NCBI RefSeq assembly: GCF_006345805.1
Contig: NC_043011.1
Location: forward strand, 22,766,464-22,830,463
Direction of reading: 5' to 3'
DNA length: 64,000 bases
Source of the DNA: Octopus sinensis
Taxonomy: Eukaryota
Notes under the pieces: model-generated
What the model was told of the DNA's origin: nothing
The model's database searches: none
Seen by the model: the letters and a program-made list of their open reading frames with translations, nothing else
Made by a program: the position numbers and the translations under genes
In this document: positions 36,973 through 48,115 of the stretch, in pieces
Layout: each line of letters starts with the position of its first letter
Numbering within the stretch: the stretch's first letter is position 1

Positions 36973-38735
36973 ACCGACTTGTTCGTGAATGTTGTTTGTG
37001 CATCGTTAGAGAGGTTAGTGAAGGATTGTTGAATTGGAATTATATTTGTTATTAATTGTTGAGTTTTTTGCTGCCTTACGGCAGTTGTGTTGACACTGTC
37101 CCCTGTATTTGAAGGGGGAAGCGCATTATTTGTGTCTTCATGATGTATGAAGATTTTAATTCTTCAGACGTAACGACGTCTGAAGAAGAATTACTGAGAA
37201 GCTTAGATATTGCAGACAGGAAGATGGAAAAAATGAAGGTTGAAAAAAAAAATGAAGTTTGTAGCTGCGGCTGGTGAAGCAAGAGAAGAGATTTGTTTTA
37301 AGAAGGTGGAGTTGAACAAGTACAGGGAATTCCTGTGAAGGGAGGTGCACGGAGTAAAGGTGACCCTTCATAGTGAAGTTACAAATAACACGCATAAAAG
37401 ACAATAATATATTGAACTTATAGTCTGGACATAAAGAGAATGGAGATAGTTACAAAACAAGAAGTTGAGAAGGCATTAAGACCCATATGGCAAGATGTCG
37501 CCTACCTTGCCAGAGGGAGAAAATACGCTACTGTAGTGGTGCGATTTGATCCGAAGAGAAGGCCAAGCAATATTCGGTAGCCTCCCTGAAAGCGGACGAG
37601 GTAATACTTCTGCCTACTTACCTTGGAAGGCGTGCTTCCAGGGTAAAGGTGGAAGAGATTCTCCCGGAGGTAGATGTTGCCTGGCTGGTGGCTGTAATAC
37701 TGCTGGATGTAGAAGAGAAGATAGAGGTCCTCTAGGTAACGAGAACGCCACCGAAGAATTGGCAAGAGCAGACTCTGGAAATAATCATTCAGGCTGTCCC
37801 GGAGAACCTTGAAAGAATGGTCGACACCATAACGGTGGATGAGGAGGTGGAATTAAGAGTTATAGCGCAGGGCAGGAAGCCCCGCTGCTATAAATGTGAC
37901 CAGAAAGGCCACATAAAAATAGAGTGCCCTCCACCGACCACAAAGACACCAGTAGTACTACAGGCCCGAAAGAAAATCGCACATCCACCTCCTGCAATGA
38001 GAAGTGGTACAGGAGGGAGTGTGGAGGAACCCGGCAAAGAACATGACAAGGCGGCACAAATGGAGGAAAACAGAAGAATTGAAGACAGTGAACCGGAAAA
38101 GAGAAAAAAGGGAAGAACTCAGGGTATTGATGTTAACACCCATCCTAACCCCCATCCCGCTCTAATCTGACCCGCCATCCCTCTGCAGACACCAACCCTT
38201 ACCCTTCCCCACCAGACACTGATATTAGAGCTACAAACACACAAGAGCCCCAAATTTTCCAACCCCAACCCTGTGAAAAAAGTCGCATTGTTTTTTACAA
38301 TGAGTCACTCGATGAGTGGTGCGAAGAAATAAAGAATCTGGACGCGGTGATAAAAATCGATATTGAATGGTGTGAAGGAGTGATCTTGCAAGTTATATGT
38401 GTATTAATGGACAGAAAGGACTTGCAAAGATTATGTGAGAATTACGGGAGAAATGTCGTTTTCTCACAAAAGGAAATTGACACCAGGGGCGTGCAATCAA
38501 CGATAAGCTATCATGAATTTTTAAAAGAACTTACCATGAACATATTAAATGATAAATTGCTTTTAAAAAGGTTCGATGAGGTCACTTGGATTGTGGAGTC
38601 CGACTGGCCTTCATTTCATCCATTCATTTTTTATACTATGCTTTTCATTCGTTTTATTTTTCCCCACACTTTTGTGTTTTTGTCCATTTGTGTACTGTCA
38701 CTCTATGTTTGTCCCCCTATGGACAATAAAGAAAT
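36973..38735 (+). mobile_element. ORF1-only non-autonomous Tx1/L1-type retroposon
   Basis: 19 bp TSD CGTTGTTACAAT(C/A)ATCTGG at 36954..36972 and 38736..38754; degraded ORF1 with CYKCDQKGHIKIEC zinc knuckle; no RT seen; tail CTCTATGTTTGTCCCCCTATGGACAATAAAGAAAT. Confidence 0.75.
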
Positions 38736-38744
38736 CGTTGTTAC

Positions 38745-39679
38745 AATAATCTGGAGCAATTTTGCTATTCAACTTCAAAAGAGGACGTGAAACTGCTCGC
38801 GATATCAACGAAATATTTGGTGAGGAAATGGCTAGTGAGTGGTCAGCTGGAAAAGGATTTAAACGATTTCGCAGATCATGAGCGTAGTGGACGCCCATCT
38901 GCCATCGATGACTGTTAATTAAAGACCGTCATTGAGAAAGGTCCAGGTAAAACCACTCGACAACTGGCAAAAGAACTTCAAGTTAACTAGAAAACTGCCT
39001 GCAACCATTTGCATGCGATCGGAAAATCAAAAAAGCTCGACAAATGGGTATCACACGATTGAATGAAAATCAGAAAATCAGCAGATATAAAATTTGCTCG
39101 TCGCTTTTTTTTCTGTTATCAAACCGATCCATTTCTCGACCGTATTGTAACTTGCGATGAAAATTGGATTCTGTACAATAATAAAAAAAACGTTTTTCAC
39201 AGTGGTTGGGACAAAATGAAGCACCGAAAACCTTCCCTAAACCCGAGCTCTTCAAAAAGAACGTTACAGGGACCGTTTGATGGTGTACTGCTAGACTTAT
39301 CCACTATAACTTCTTAAAATCCGGTAAAACCATTACTGCAGAAACATATTGCCATGAAATTTCAAAAATGAACGGAAAACTGCTACTCCTCCGTCCCCAC
39401 GTTTCACTAATGACACTCCAGAAGCTGAGGGAACTTTGCTATGAAGTTCTTTCCCTCCCAGTTTATTCCCCAGACCTTCCTCCTACCGACTACCACTTTT
39501 TCAAGTACCTTGATGGTTTCCTGGGAGAGAAGGAGTTAAAAAATCAAACCAATGCTGAAAGTGCGTTCAAAGAGTTCATCAGCTCCAGAACTCCAGATTT
39601 TTATGCGACCGGAATAAACAAACTTGTAATTCGTTGGCAAAAATGTGTTGATTGTAATGGTACTTACTTTGATGAATAA
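38745..39679 (+). pseudogene. Mariner transposase pseudogene
   Basis: ETARDINEIFG, ERSGRPS, KKLDKWV, RIVTCDENWILY, YSPDLPPTDYHFF, RWQKCVDCNGTYFDE*; multiple frameshifts. Confidence 0.92.
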
Positions 39680-39761
39680 AATTTCCGCATTGTTGAAATA
39701 TATTGTGATGAATTATATGTTTCAAAACGTTGCTTACTTTTTACTTAGCCTGATTATATAT

Positions 39762-39793
<32 letters not shown>

Positions 39794-39969
39794 GGTTATA
39801 AAATGAGATAGGGGTTGAAAATTCAACCCACCATGGGATAATATATATCCAATATACTGCTAGATAGGTACCCAACAAAATTAATACATAGATGTTAAAA
39901 ATTGTCAAACAATCAGTTCATCCATTGCATTATATGGGTAAAGGTAATAATATTACCGTAAATTAATAC

Positions 39970-40619
39970 TACAAAATTAGAGAATGGAGAAATATACTTA
40001 AATCAGTAAAACATCAACTATCCGATGATACTCAATCCATACTTTAATACACCATTACATATGAGTAAAGGCAATACATAAAATGAAATGAGATATACAG
40101 TAATAGTAAAAAGATAAAGAGATATAAGTAAAAAATTTTTAAATATAATATGCAAATAAATCAAAACTGACAGCTGTTTCGGCAGTGAGGACAGTCATAC
40201 CTCATTTAACCTATAAGCCATAAAGGCAGGTATAAATGAGGCATTAACAAGGATGCCCCACGGCCTCTTCAGAGAATTAAATTAAATTTGTTATAATAGC
40301 GAAAAATATTATACAATCATATACATATAAATATAAAAATATAAAAATGTAAAATATAAAAACTTATACATCATAAAGCTACACTTATATAATATAATAC
40401 ACATTTGCACAAAAAAGGAAGGTAAACAGAACAAAATAAAACAAAATATATAATAGTGTATATATTAATATCAATAAGTACCGATATTATACATATTTGG
40501 CTAATAGTTTTTATATATATATATAAAAAAAGGCTAACATATATGGAGATGAAAAATAATAATTAAATCCGTGGTACAGTTCATAAGATTCTAAATCTAT
40601 AAAAGTTAATAAAAATTAC

Positions 40620-40670
<51 letters not shown>

Positions 40671-42614
40671 TATAATAAAAAATAGATACAGTTAAGTTAG
40701 CACCAAGTCCATCCTTACAAGATCGAAATAACTATGAGTTAAGAAATGCTGACCACTAGGTAAAGAAAATATAGATTAATTCGATTGGCTATTGGTTTGA
40801 AATTTAAATCACAAAAGAAAATTATACGGTTGGTTAGTCAGGGAACGCCAATATTCACACACGCATCTACAGATCAATCGCACATACACACATAGTAATA
40901 TGTATATGCATACACTTATACACATACATAATTACAAGCAACAACTAGCACATAGATAAACAAAAAGGGAAGCAACTATGCTACAATTTAGTCCTTCAAA
41001 ATTATAATTGTGCCTCAATAATAAAAGAAGAACCATCCATGCATTCCATAAAATATTTAATTTAGATATAAATATATTTTTAAATATCAGTATATTACTA
41101 AGTCAGATACTTATTACATGGGTAACTTAAAGTTTATAACACCGGTTTGTTGCAGAGTAAAACATACGGTTGTTAGATTTATCGTGAGTTTGTTATGGTT
41201 TTAAGTACGCTAAATTATAAAATATAAAATATAAAATATATATTAATTTAAATATTATAAATAAGTCACTTATTAACTTAATAAATATAGTGCCATAATA
41301 TACCAGTTTAGGCATTAAAGAATAGAAGGGGAAGTATTAATGTGAATGCTTATGAGAACATCATAGAAATTTTAAATAAATTTTATATTATAAATACTTA
41401 AGATGAAAAGAGATAAAATAAATAAGAAGGAATAAATACGAAGGAATAAATACGGTTATACACATAATTATAAGTACAAACCAGTATATATGTATTCATA
41501 TATTATTAAAATTAAATAAAAATAAATGATAGATATGTATGTATAAAACTACCCCAGTATAAGTAAATAAGTAAAAAATAAATAGGTAGCAAATTAGATG
41601 ACTTGATATGTATGTAAACATCTACACTTAAATAGGCAAATAAATAAATAAATAGAAGACTAGATGCAAAAATTGATAATATTACAATAAAATGGAAAAT
41701 AAATAAAAAATAATAAATAGAGTGAATATATATGTTATATTGTTGAAAGTAAATATGTATGGGAGGATAGTTTAAAGTATAGATCCAGAGTATAGATATA
41801 AACTAAATATATGAGGCTGGTAATAATTCTAAAGCATAATGCATGTAAATGAGAAAATGAAAAAAATGAAAAAGGTTTATCAGTGAATAGCATAAGATAC
41901 AAATTACGGTGAGTACAAAAAGACCAAATATACAATAAAAACCTTCCAAATAAACACATACAAAAAACCTATAATCTCAACCTAAACCCACCAAACTCAC
42001 AAAAGGCTCTCATATATTACATATTATACAATATCATTACATTATCCAGAGCTAGGTATCTACCCAAGATATATATATATACTATGCAATATACTATGCA
42101 ATATTGGAAAACTTCAAAAATCACACATTACAAGGCAAGTACCAAAATGAATATGTTATTTTATGTCATATTGCAATTCTCTTAAAAAACAAACAAAAAA
42201 ACCCACATACAAAAAACAAGAAACCAATAATACTAGACACATCCATTAATTATTATACAAATGTAGCTATAAAAATTATAAAATTATAAAATATATAAAT
42301 TGTATACTTTAGAAATTATAGAAGACCACAGGTATATTTAGTTAAAGAAGGGAGTTAAAAAATTAATAATAGTGGAAGTGCTAAGTTCTATTTGAATCTA
42401 GAAAAGGTGAACGGTAGCCTATGAATACAAAAGAAGTTTTTTTCATTAATGTTGTTAATAATTTGCCGACCCGCTTTAATAATGAAGAAAATTTCATTAA
42501 TACATAGAGAGCATTTTTTATTTTTTCCATTATACACAGGTGCTGAAGTTAGTATTTTCCAGTTTAATCTAAAATCTAAGTTCTTATTTTTAAGTTCCCA
42601 AATGTATGCACTTA
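39970..42614 (-). repeat. Left arm of the giant inverted repeat (2645 bp)
   Basis: Reverse complement of 44863..47506 with a handful of substitutions and microsatellite indels; extends a further ~180 bp (39793..39969) with no partner. Confidence 0.95.
40166..40275 (-). ncRNA. Type I hammerhead ribozyme motif (left-arm copy)
   Basis: Mirror of 47201..47310; TCTTCAG at 40266..40272, GACAGCTGTTTC at 40169..40180. Confidence 0.75.
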
Positions 42615-45089
42615 ATTAGAACTCTCAAAGGTAAGAGCGGCATTCTAACACATTCCGACAAAACCAACAACATCTACAACATTGACATTACTGCATATCA
42701 TGATCTTCTACACAAGGAAATAACCAAGAAATACAAAGTAGTACCTTCTAGTACACTTAGAAAACTGAACCTGGAGATCAGAGAAATCATATTTGACTAC
42801 TACCTAGAAGAAAAAACGGAACCCTACACCCCATCTAGACCGAGAATTACACTAAAGGATCATAAAGAGAATTTTCTTGGAAACACACAGGTCAGATTAA
42901 TTTGCCCCACTAAATCTGACTTAGGCAGACTAAGTAAACTCATTCTGGATAAATACCTACCCACCATCCGCAATAAAATCAAACTAAACCTTTGGAAGAA
43001 TACTCAGGGTGCTTTGGATTGGTTTTCTGCCATCAAGGTCTGTGACAGTAACAACTTTAGCTATAATAGAAATAAATTTATACAATTCGATATACAGAAT
43101 TATTACAATTCCATTAACCCTATTATATTAAATAAGTCCTTAATTTTTGCTAGAAAACACACTAAATTAAGTATGGGGGAGATTAAGGTTATACTAACAG
43201 CCAGGAAAACTTTAATAGAGTTTGATAATAAACTTTGGGCTAGAAAGGACACACCCAACTTGTTCGATATCACAATGGGATCGCCGGACTCGGCGGAGGT
43301 GACTGATCTAGTTGGGATGTATCTATTAGATAACTTTAGTAGGGAATTCCCTGAATTAAAAGGTGGATTATACAGGGATGACGCCTTATTTTGTGTTAGG
43401 AATACATCAAATAGGAGATTAGATCTTCTGAAAAAAAGAATAAATAAATTTTTTAAAAGCTTCGGCCTATCCATTATCATTGAAAGTGAAAATTATTCTG
43501 CTAATTATTTAGATGTTAATTGTAATATTACTAATGGTTTACATGAACCCTATATTAAACCTAATTCTAACCTAATATACATTAACCGTTCAAGTAATCA
43601 CCCCCCTCAAATTAAAAATGCACTAGTGAGGAGCATTAGTCAGAGAATTTCTAGTTTATCCTCAAACGAGGAAATTTTTAACAAACACTGTGATAGATAC
43701 AATGCAGCATTGCTTAAGGCAGGATATAAAAGTAGGATTTGGTTTATACCTAAGGGGAACCCCCCTAATGGAGGTAGAACTATCAGGAACAACACAAATA
43801 GATTTAGGATAATCAACAATATACATAAGAATTGTAAAAATGGAATATATGATAACACCTATAATAAATGTAGAAGTGATGTTAACCTTGGAAAGGTGAA
43901 CGGTAGCTCAAATGGATCTAAACATACGGGTAATAGTAGGAATATTAATAATAATATACGAATTATAACTTATGGTAGACATGATAATGGTAAAGTTTAC
44001 TTGCGCAATAACCATGGTAATATTGATATAGATAAATATAACAATGACAGTGGTAAGAATAGTAATCCTATGAGTTGGTCTACGAATAGGATTTTTACAA
44101 ATAACATTAATTCTATAGGCAATCCTAATTCTGATAAGGATACTCTTTGGTTGATTATCCCATATGCAATGCAGATTAAAACAAACATAGTGAGAGCTTT
44201 GCATAATGTTATTTTTAGGCATTTTGGTAAGGATAAGAATAAATTTAGTCCTTTAATTAACAACGGTACTGTTAGAGTGGGATATAGCATTACTCATAAT
44301 CTAGCCACCATTATCTCCTCTTTTAATAACAAGAAACTGGATCACTTCTATAAGGATAGAAAATTGAATTTAGACCAGGAAAACTTGCCCCTCTTCATTA
44401 ATAATAGGAATAGAAACTTTCTTGGAACAAATGGGAACAACCTCCTTACTAATAATGAGTGCACCATACCTGTCAGAGATAATATAAATGAAATAGATCA
44501 TACTACTACTACCAATACTAGTACTAGTGATAGGAATATAGCCGATAATGTGAAATTAACTCATTCGTTGATTTTGGGTTTGGATGATGATAACAATTGT
44601 AACACTTATAATGTGAATAGTAGTATAGGGGTGTTGTCCAATTTCAGATTTCCTCATTCTGTTAATCTTTGTAATTTCAGAAATAAAAATAAATGTGTAT
44701 TTGGTAATCAATGCCTCAGGAAGGAGGTAGTTTACCAATGCACTGTAGATACACAATTGAGTAGTAGGGTGTATATCGGGGCAACTATGAATAGCATAAA
44801 ACAAAGATGGAATTATCACAGATATACTTTTAGGAATAAAAATAGAATGTACTCTACAGGGCTAAGTGCATACATTTGGGAACTTAAAAATAAGAACTTA
44901 GATTTTAGATTAAACTGGAAAATACTAACTTCAGCACCTGTGTATAATGGAAAAAATAAAAAATGCTCTCTATGTATTAATGAAATTTTCTTCATTATTA
45001 AAGCGGGTCGGCAAATTATTAACAACATTAATGAAAAAAACTTCTTTTGTATTCATAGGCTACCGTTCACCTTTTCTAGATTCAAATAG
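42606..45089 (+). CDS. Penelope-like reverse transcriptase + GIY-YIG endonuclease polyprotein (827 aa, N-terminally truncated)
   Basis: SDKTNNIY, LKDHK..VRLICP, FIQFDIQNYYNSI, ITMGSPDSAEV, GLYRDDAL, thumb SNHPPQI; CNFRNKNKCVFGNQC; VVYQC...VYIGAT..IKQRW..H; CSLC..E..CIH tail; no internal stops. Confidence 0.92.
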   Translation: MHLIRTLKGKSGILTHSDKTNNIYNIDITAYHDLLHKEITKKYKVVPSSTLRKLNLEIREIIFDYYLEEKTEPYTPSRPRITLKDHKENFLGNTQVRLICPTKSDLGRLSKLILDKYLPTIRNKIKLNLWKNTQGALDWFSAIKVCDSNNFSYNRNKFIQFDIQNYYNSINPIILNKSLIFARKHTKLSMGEIKVILTARKTLIEFDNKLWARKDTPNLFDITMGSPDSAEVTDLVGMYLLDNFSREFPELKGGLYRDDALFCVRNTSNRRLDLLKKRINKFFKSFGLSIIIESENYSANYLDVNCNITNGLHEPYIKPNSNLIYINRSSNHPPQIKNALVRSISQRISSLSSNEEIFNKHCDRYNAALLKAGYKSRIWFIPKGNPPNGGRTIRNNTNRFRIINNIHKNCKNGIYDNTYNKCRSDVNLGKVNGSSNGSKHTGNSRNINNNIRIITYGRHDNGKVYLRNNHGNIDIDKYNNDSGKNSNPMSWSTNRIFTNNINSIGNPNSDKDTLWLIIPYAMQIKTNIVRALHNVIFRHFGKDKNKFSPLINNGTVRVGYSITHNLATIISSFNNKKLDHFYKDRKLNLDQENLPLFINNRNRNFLGTNGNNLLTNNECTIPVRDNINEIDHTTTTNTSTSDRNIADNVKLTHSLILGLDDDNNCNTYNVNSSIGVLSNFRFPHSVNLCNFRNKNKCVFGNQCLRKEVVYQCTVDTQLSSRVYIGATMNSIKQRWNYHRYTFRNKNRMYSTGLSAYIWELKNKNLDFRLNWKILTSAPVYNGKNKKCSLCINEIFFIIKAGRQIINNINEKNFFCIHRLPFTFSRFK

Positions 45090-46805
45090 AACTTAGCACT
45101 TCCACTATTATTAATTTTTTAACTCCCTTCTTTAACTAAATATACCTGTGGTCTTCTATAATTTCTAAAGTATACAATTTATATATTTTATAATTTTATA
45201 ATTTTTATAGCTACATTTGTATAATAATTAATGGATGTGTCTAGTATTATTGGTTTCTTGTTTTTTGTATGTGGGTTTTTTGTTTGTTTTTTAAGAGAAT
45301 TGCAATATGACATAAAATAACATATTCATTTTGGTACTTGCCTTGTAATGTGTGATTTTTGAAGTTTTCCAATATTGCATAGTATATTGCATAGTATATA
45401 TATATATCTTGGGTAGATACCTAGCTCTGGATAATGTAATGATATTGTATAATATGTAATATATGAGAGCCTTTTGTGAGTTTGGTGGGTTTAGGTTGAG
45501 ATTATAGGTTTTTTGTATGTGTTTATTTGGAAGGTTTTTATTGTATATTTGGTCTTTTTGTACTCACCTTAATTTGTATCTTATGCTATTCACTGATAAA
45601 CCTTTTTCATTTTTTTCATTTTCTCATTTACATGCATTATGCTTTAGAATTATTACCAGCCTCATATATTTAGTTTATATCTATACTCTGGATCTGTACT
45701 TTAAACTATCCTCCCATACATATTTACTTTCAACAATATAACATATATATTCACTCTATTTATTATTTTTTATTTATTTTCCATTTTATTGTAATATTAT
45801 CAATTTTTGCATCTAGTCTTCTATTTATTTATTTATTTGCCTATTTAAGTGTAGATGTTTACATACATATCAAGTCATCTAATTTGCTACCTATTTATTT
45901 TTTACTTATTTACTTATACTGGGGTAGTTTTATACATACATATCTATCATTTATTTTTATTTAATTTTAATAATATATGAATACATATATACTGGTTTGT
46001 ACTTATAATTATGTGTATAACCGTATTTATTCCTTCGTATTTATTCCTTCTTATTTATTTTATCTCTTTTCATCTTAAGTATTTATAATATAAAATTTAT
46101 TTAAAATTTCTATGATGTTCTCATAAGCGTTCACATTAATACTTCCCCTTCTATTCTTTAATGCCTAAACTGGTATATTATGGCACTATATTTATTAAGT
46201 TAATAAGTGACTTATTTATAATATTTAAATTAATATATATTTTATATTTTATATTTTATAATTTAGCGTACTTAAAACCATAACAAACTCACGATAAATC
46301 TAACAACCGTATGTTTTACTCTGCAACAAACCGGTGTTATAAACTTTAAGTTACCCATGTAATAAGTATCTGACTTAGTAATATACTGATATTTAAAAAT
46401 ATATTTATATCTAAATTAAATATTTTATGGAATGCATGGATGGTTCTTCTTTTATTATTGAGGCACAATTATAATTTTGAAGGACTAAATTGTAGCATAG
46501 TTGCTTCCCTTTTTGTTTATCTATGTGCTAGTTGTTGCTTGTAATTATGTATGTGTATAAGTGTATGCATATACATATTACTATGTGTGTATGTGCGATT
46601 GATCTGTAGATGCGTGTGTGAATATTGGCGTTCCCTGACTAACCAACCGTATAATTTTCTTTTGTGATTTAAATTTCAAACCAATAGCCAATCGAATTAA
46701 TCTATATTTTCTTTACCTAGTGGTCAGCATTTCTTAACTCATAGTTATTTCGATCTTGTAAGGATGGACTTGGTGCTAACTTAACTGTATCTATTTTTTA
46801 TTATA

Positions 46806-46854
<49 letters not shown>

Positions 46855-47504
46855 AGTAATTTTTATTAACTTTTATAGATTTAGAATCTTATGAACTGTA
46901 CCACGGATTTAATTATTATTTTTCATCTCCATATATGTTAGCCTTTTTTTATATATATATAAAAAAAACTATTAGCCAAATATGTATAATATCGGTACTT
47001 ATTGATATTAATATATACACTATTATATATTTTGTTTTATTTTGTTCTGTTTACCTTCCTTTTTTGTGCAAATGTGTATTATATTATATAAGTGTAGCTT
47101 TATGATGTATAAGTTTTTATATTTTACATTTTTATATTTTTATATTTATATGTATATGATTGTATAATATTTTTCGCTATTATAACAAATTTAATTTAAT
47201 TCTCTGAAGAGGCCGTGGGGCATCCTTGTTAATGCCTCATTTATACCTGCCTTTATGGCTTATAGGTTAAATGAGGTATGACTGTCCTCACTGCCGAAAC
47301 AGCTGTCAGTTTTGATTTATTTGCATATTATATTTAAAAATTTTTTACTTATATCTCTTTATCTTTTTACTATTACTGTATATCTCATTTCATTTTATGT
47401 ATTGCCTTTACTCATATGTAATGGTGTATTAAAGTATGGATTGAGTATCATCGGATAGTTGATGTTTTACTGATTTAAGTATATTTCTCCATTCTCTAAT
47501 TTTG

Positions 47505-47506
<2 letters not shown>
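44863..47506 (+). repeat. Right arm of the giant inverted repeat (ORF end plus ~2.4 kb AT-rich 3' region)
   Basis: Starts TAAGTGCATACATTTGGG inside the EN-coding region; ends AATTTTGTA at (TA)n. Confidence 0.95.
47201..47310 (+). ncRNA. Type I hammerhead ribozyme motif with ~85 nt stem II
   Basis: CT-CTGAAGA (47204..47210)-GGC...GCC-GAAAC (47296..47300)-AGCT-GTC (47305..47307)-AG; stem II contains GTGGGGCA/TGTCCTCAC and ATGCCTCATTTA/TAAATGAGGTAT. Confidence 0.78.

Positions 47507-48115
<609 letters not shown>

Larger units (their letters stand above)
36793..39753 (+). mobile_element. Mariner DNA transposon, interrupted by a retroposon
   Basis: 33 bp TIRs TCAGGCTGAGTAAAAAGTAAGCAACATTTTGAA (36793..36825) and 39721..39753, 2 mismatches; decayed transposase inside. 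Confidence 0.88.
39793..47506 (+). mobile_element. Penelope-like retroelement (C-terminal EN type) with long inverted terminal arms, inserted in (TA)n
   Basis: RT + GIY-YIG ORF, inverted copy of its own 3' ~2.64 kb placed upstream, hammerhead in each arm, (TA)n on both flanks. Confidence 0.92.

Noticed and set aside
41735-41959. 74 aa ORF duplicated at 45517..45741
   Set aside because: Hydrophobic low-complexity product of the AT-rich PLE 3' region; duplicated only because of the inverted repeat.
43103-45028. Minus-strand ORFs of 70-125 aa opposite the PLE ORF
   Set aside because: Antisense shadows of an AT-rich coding frame; no recognisable motifs.
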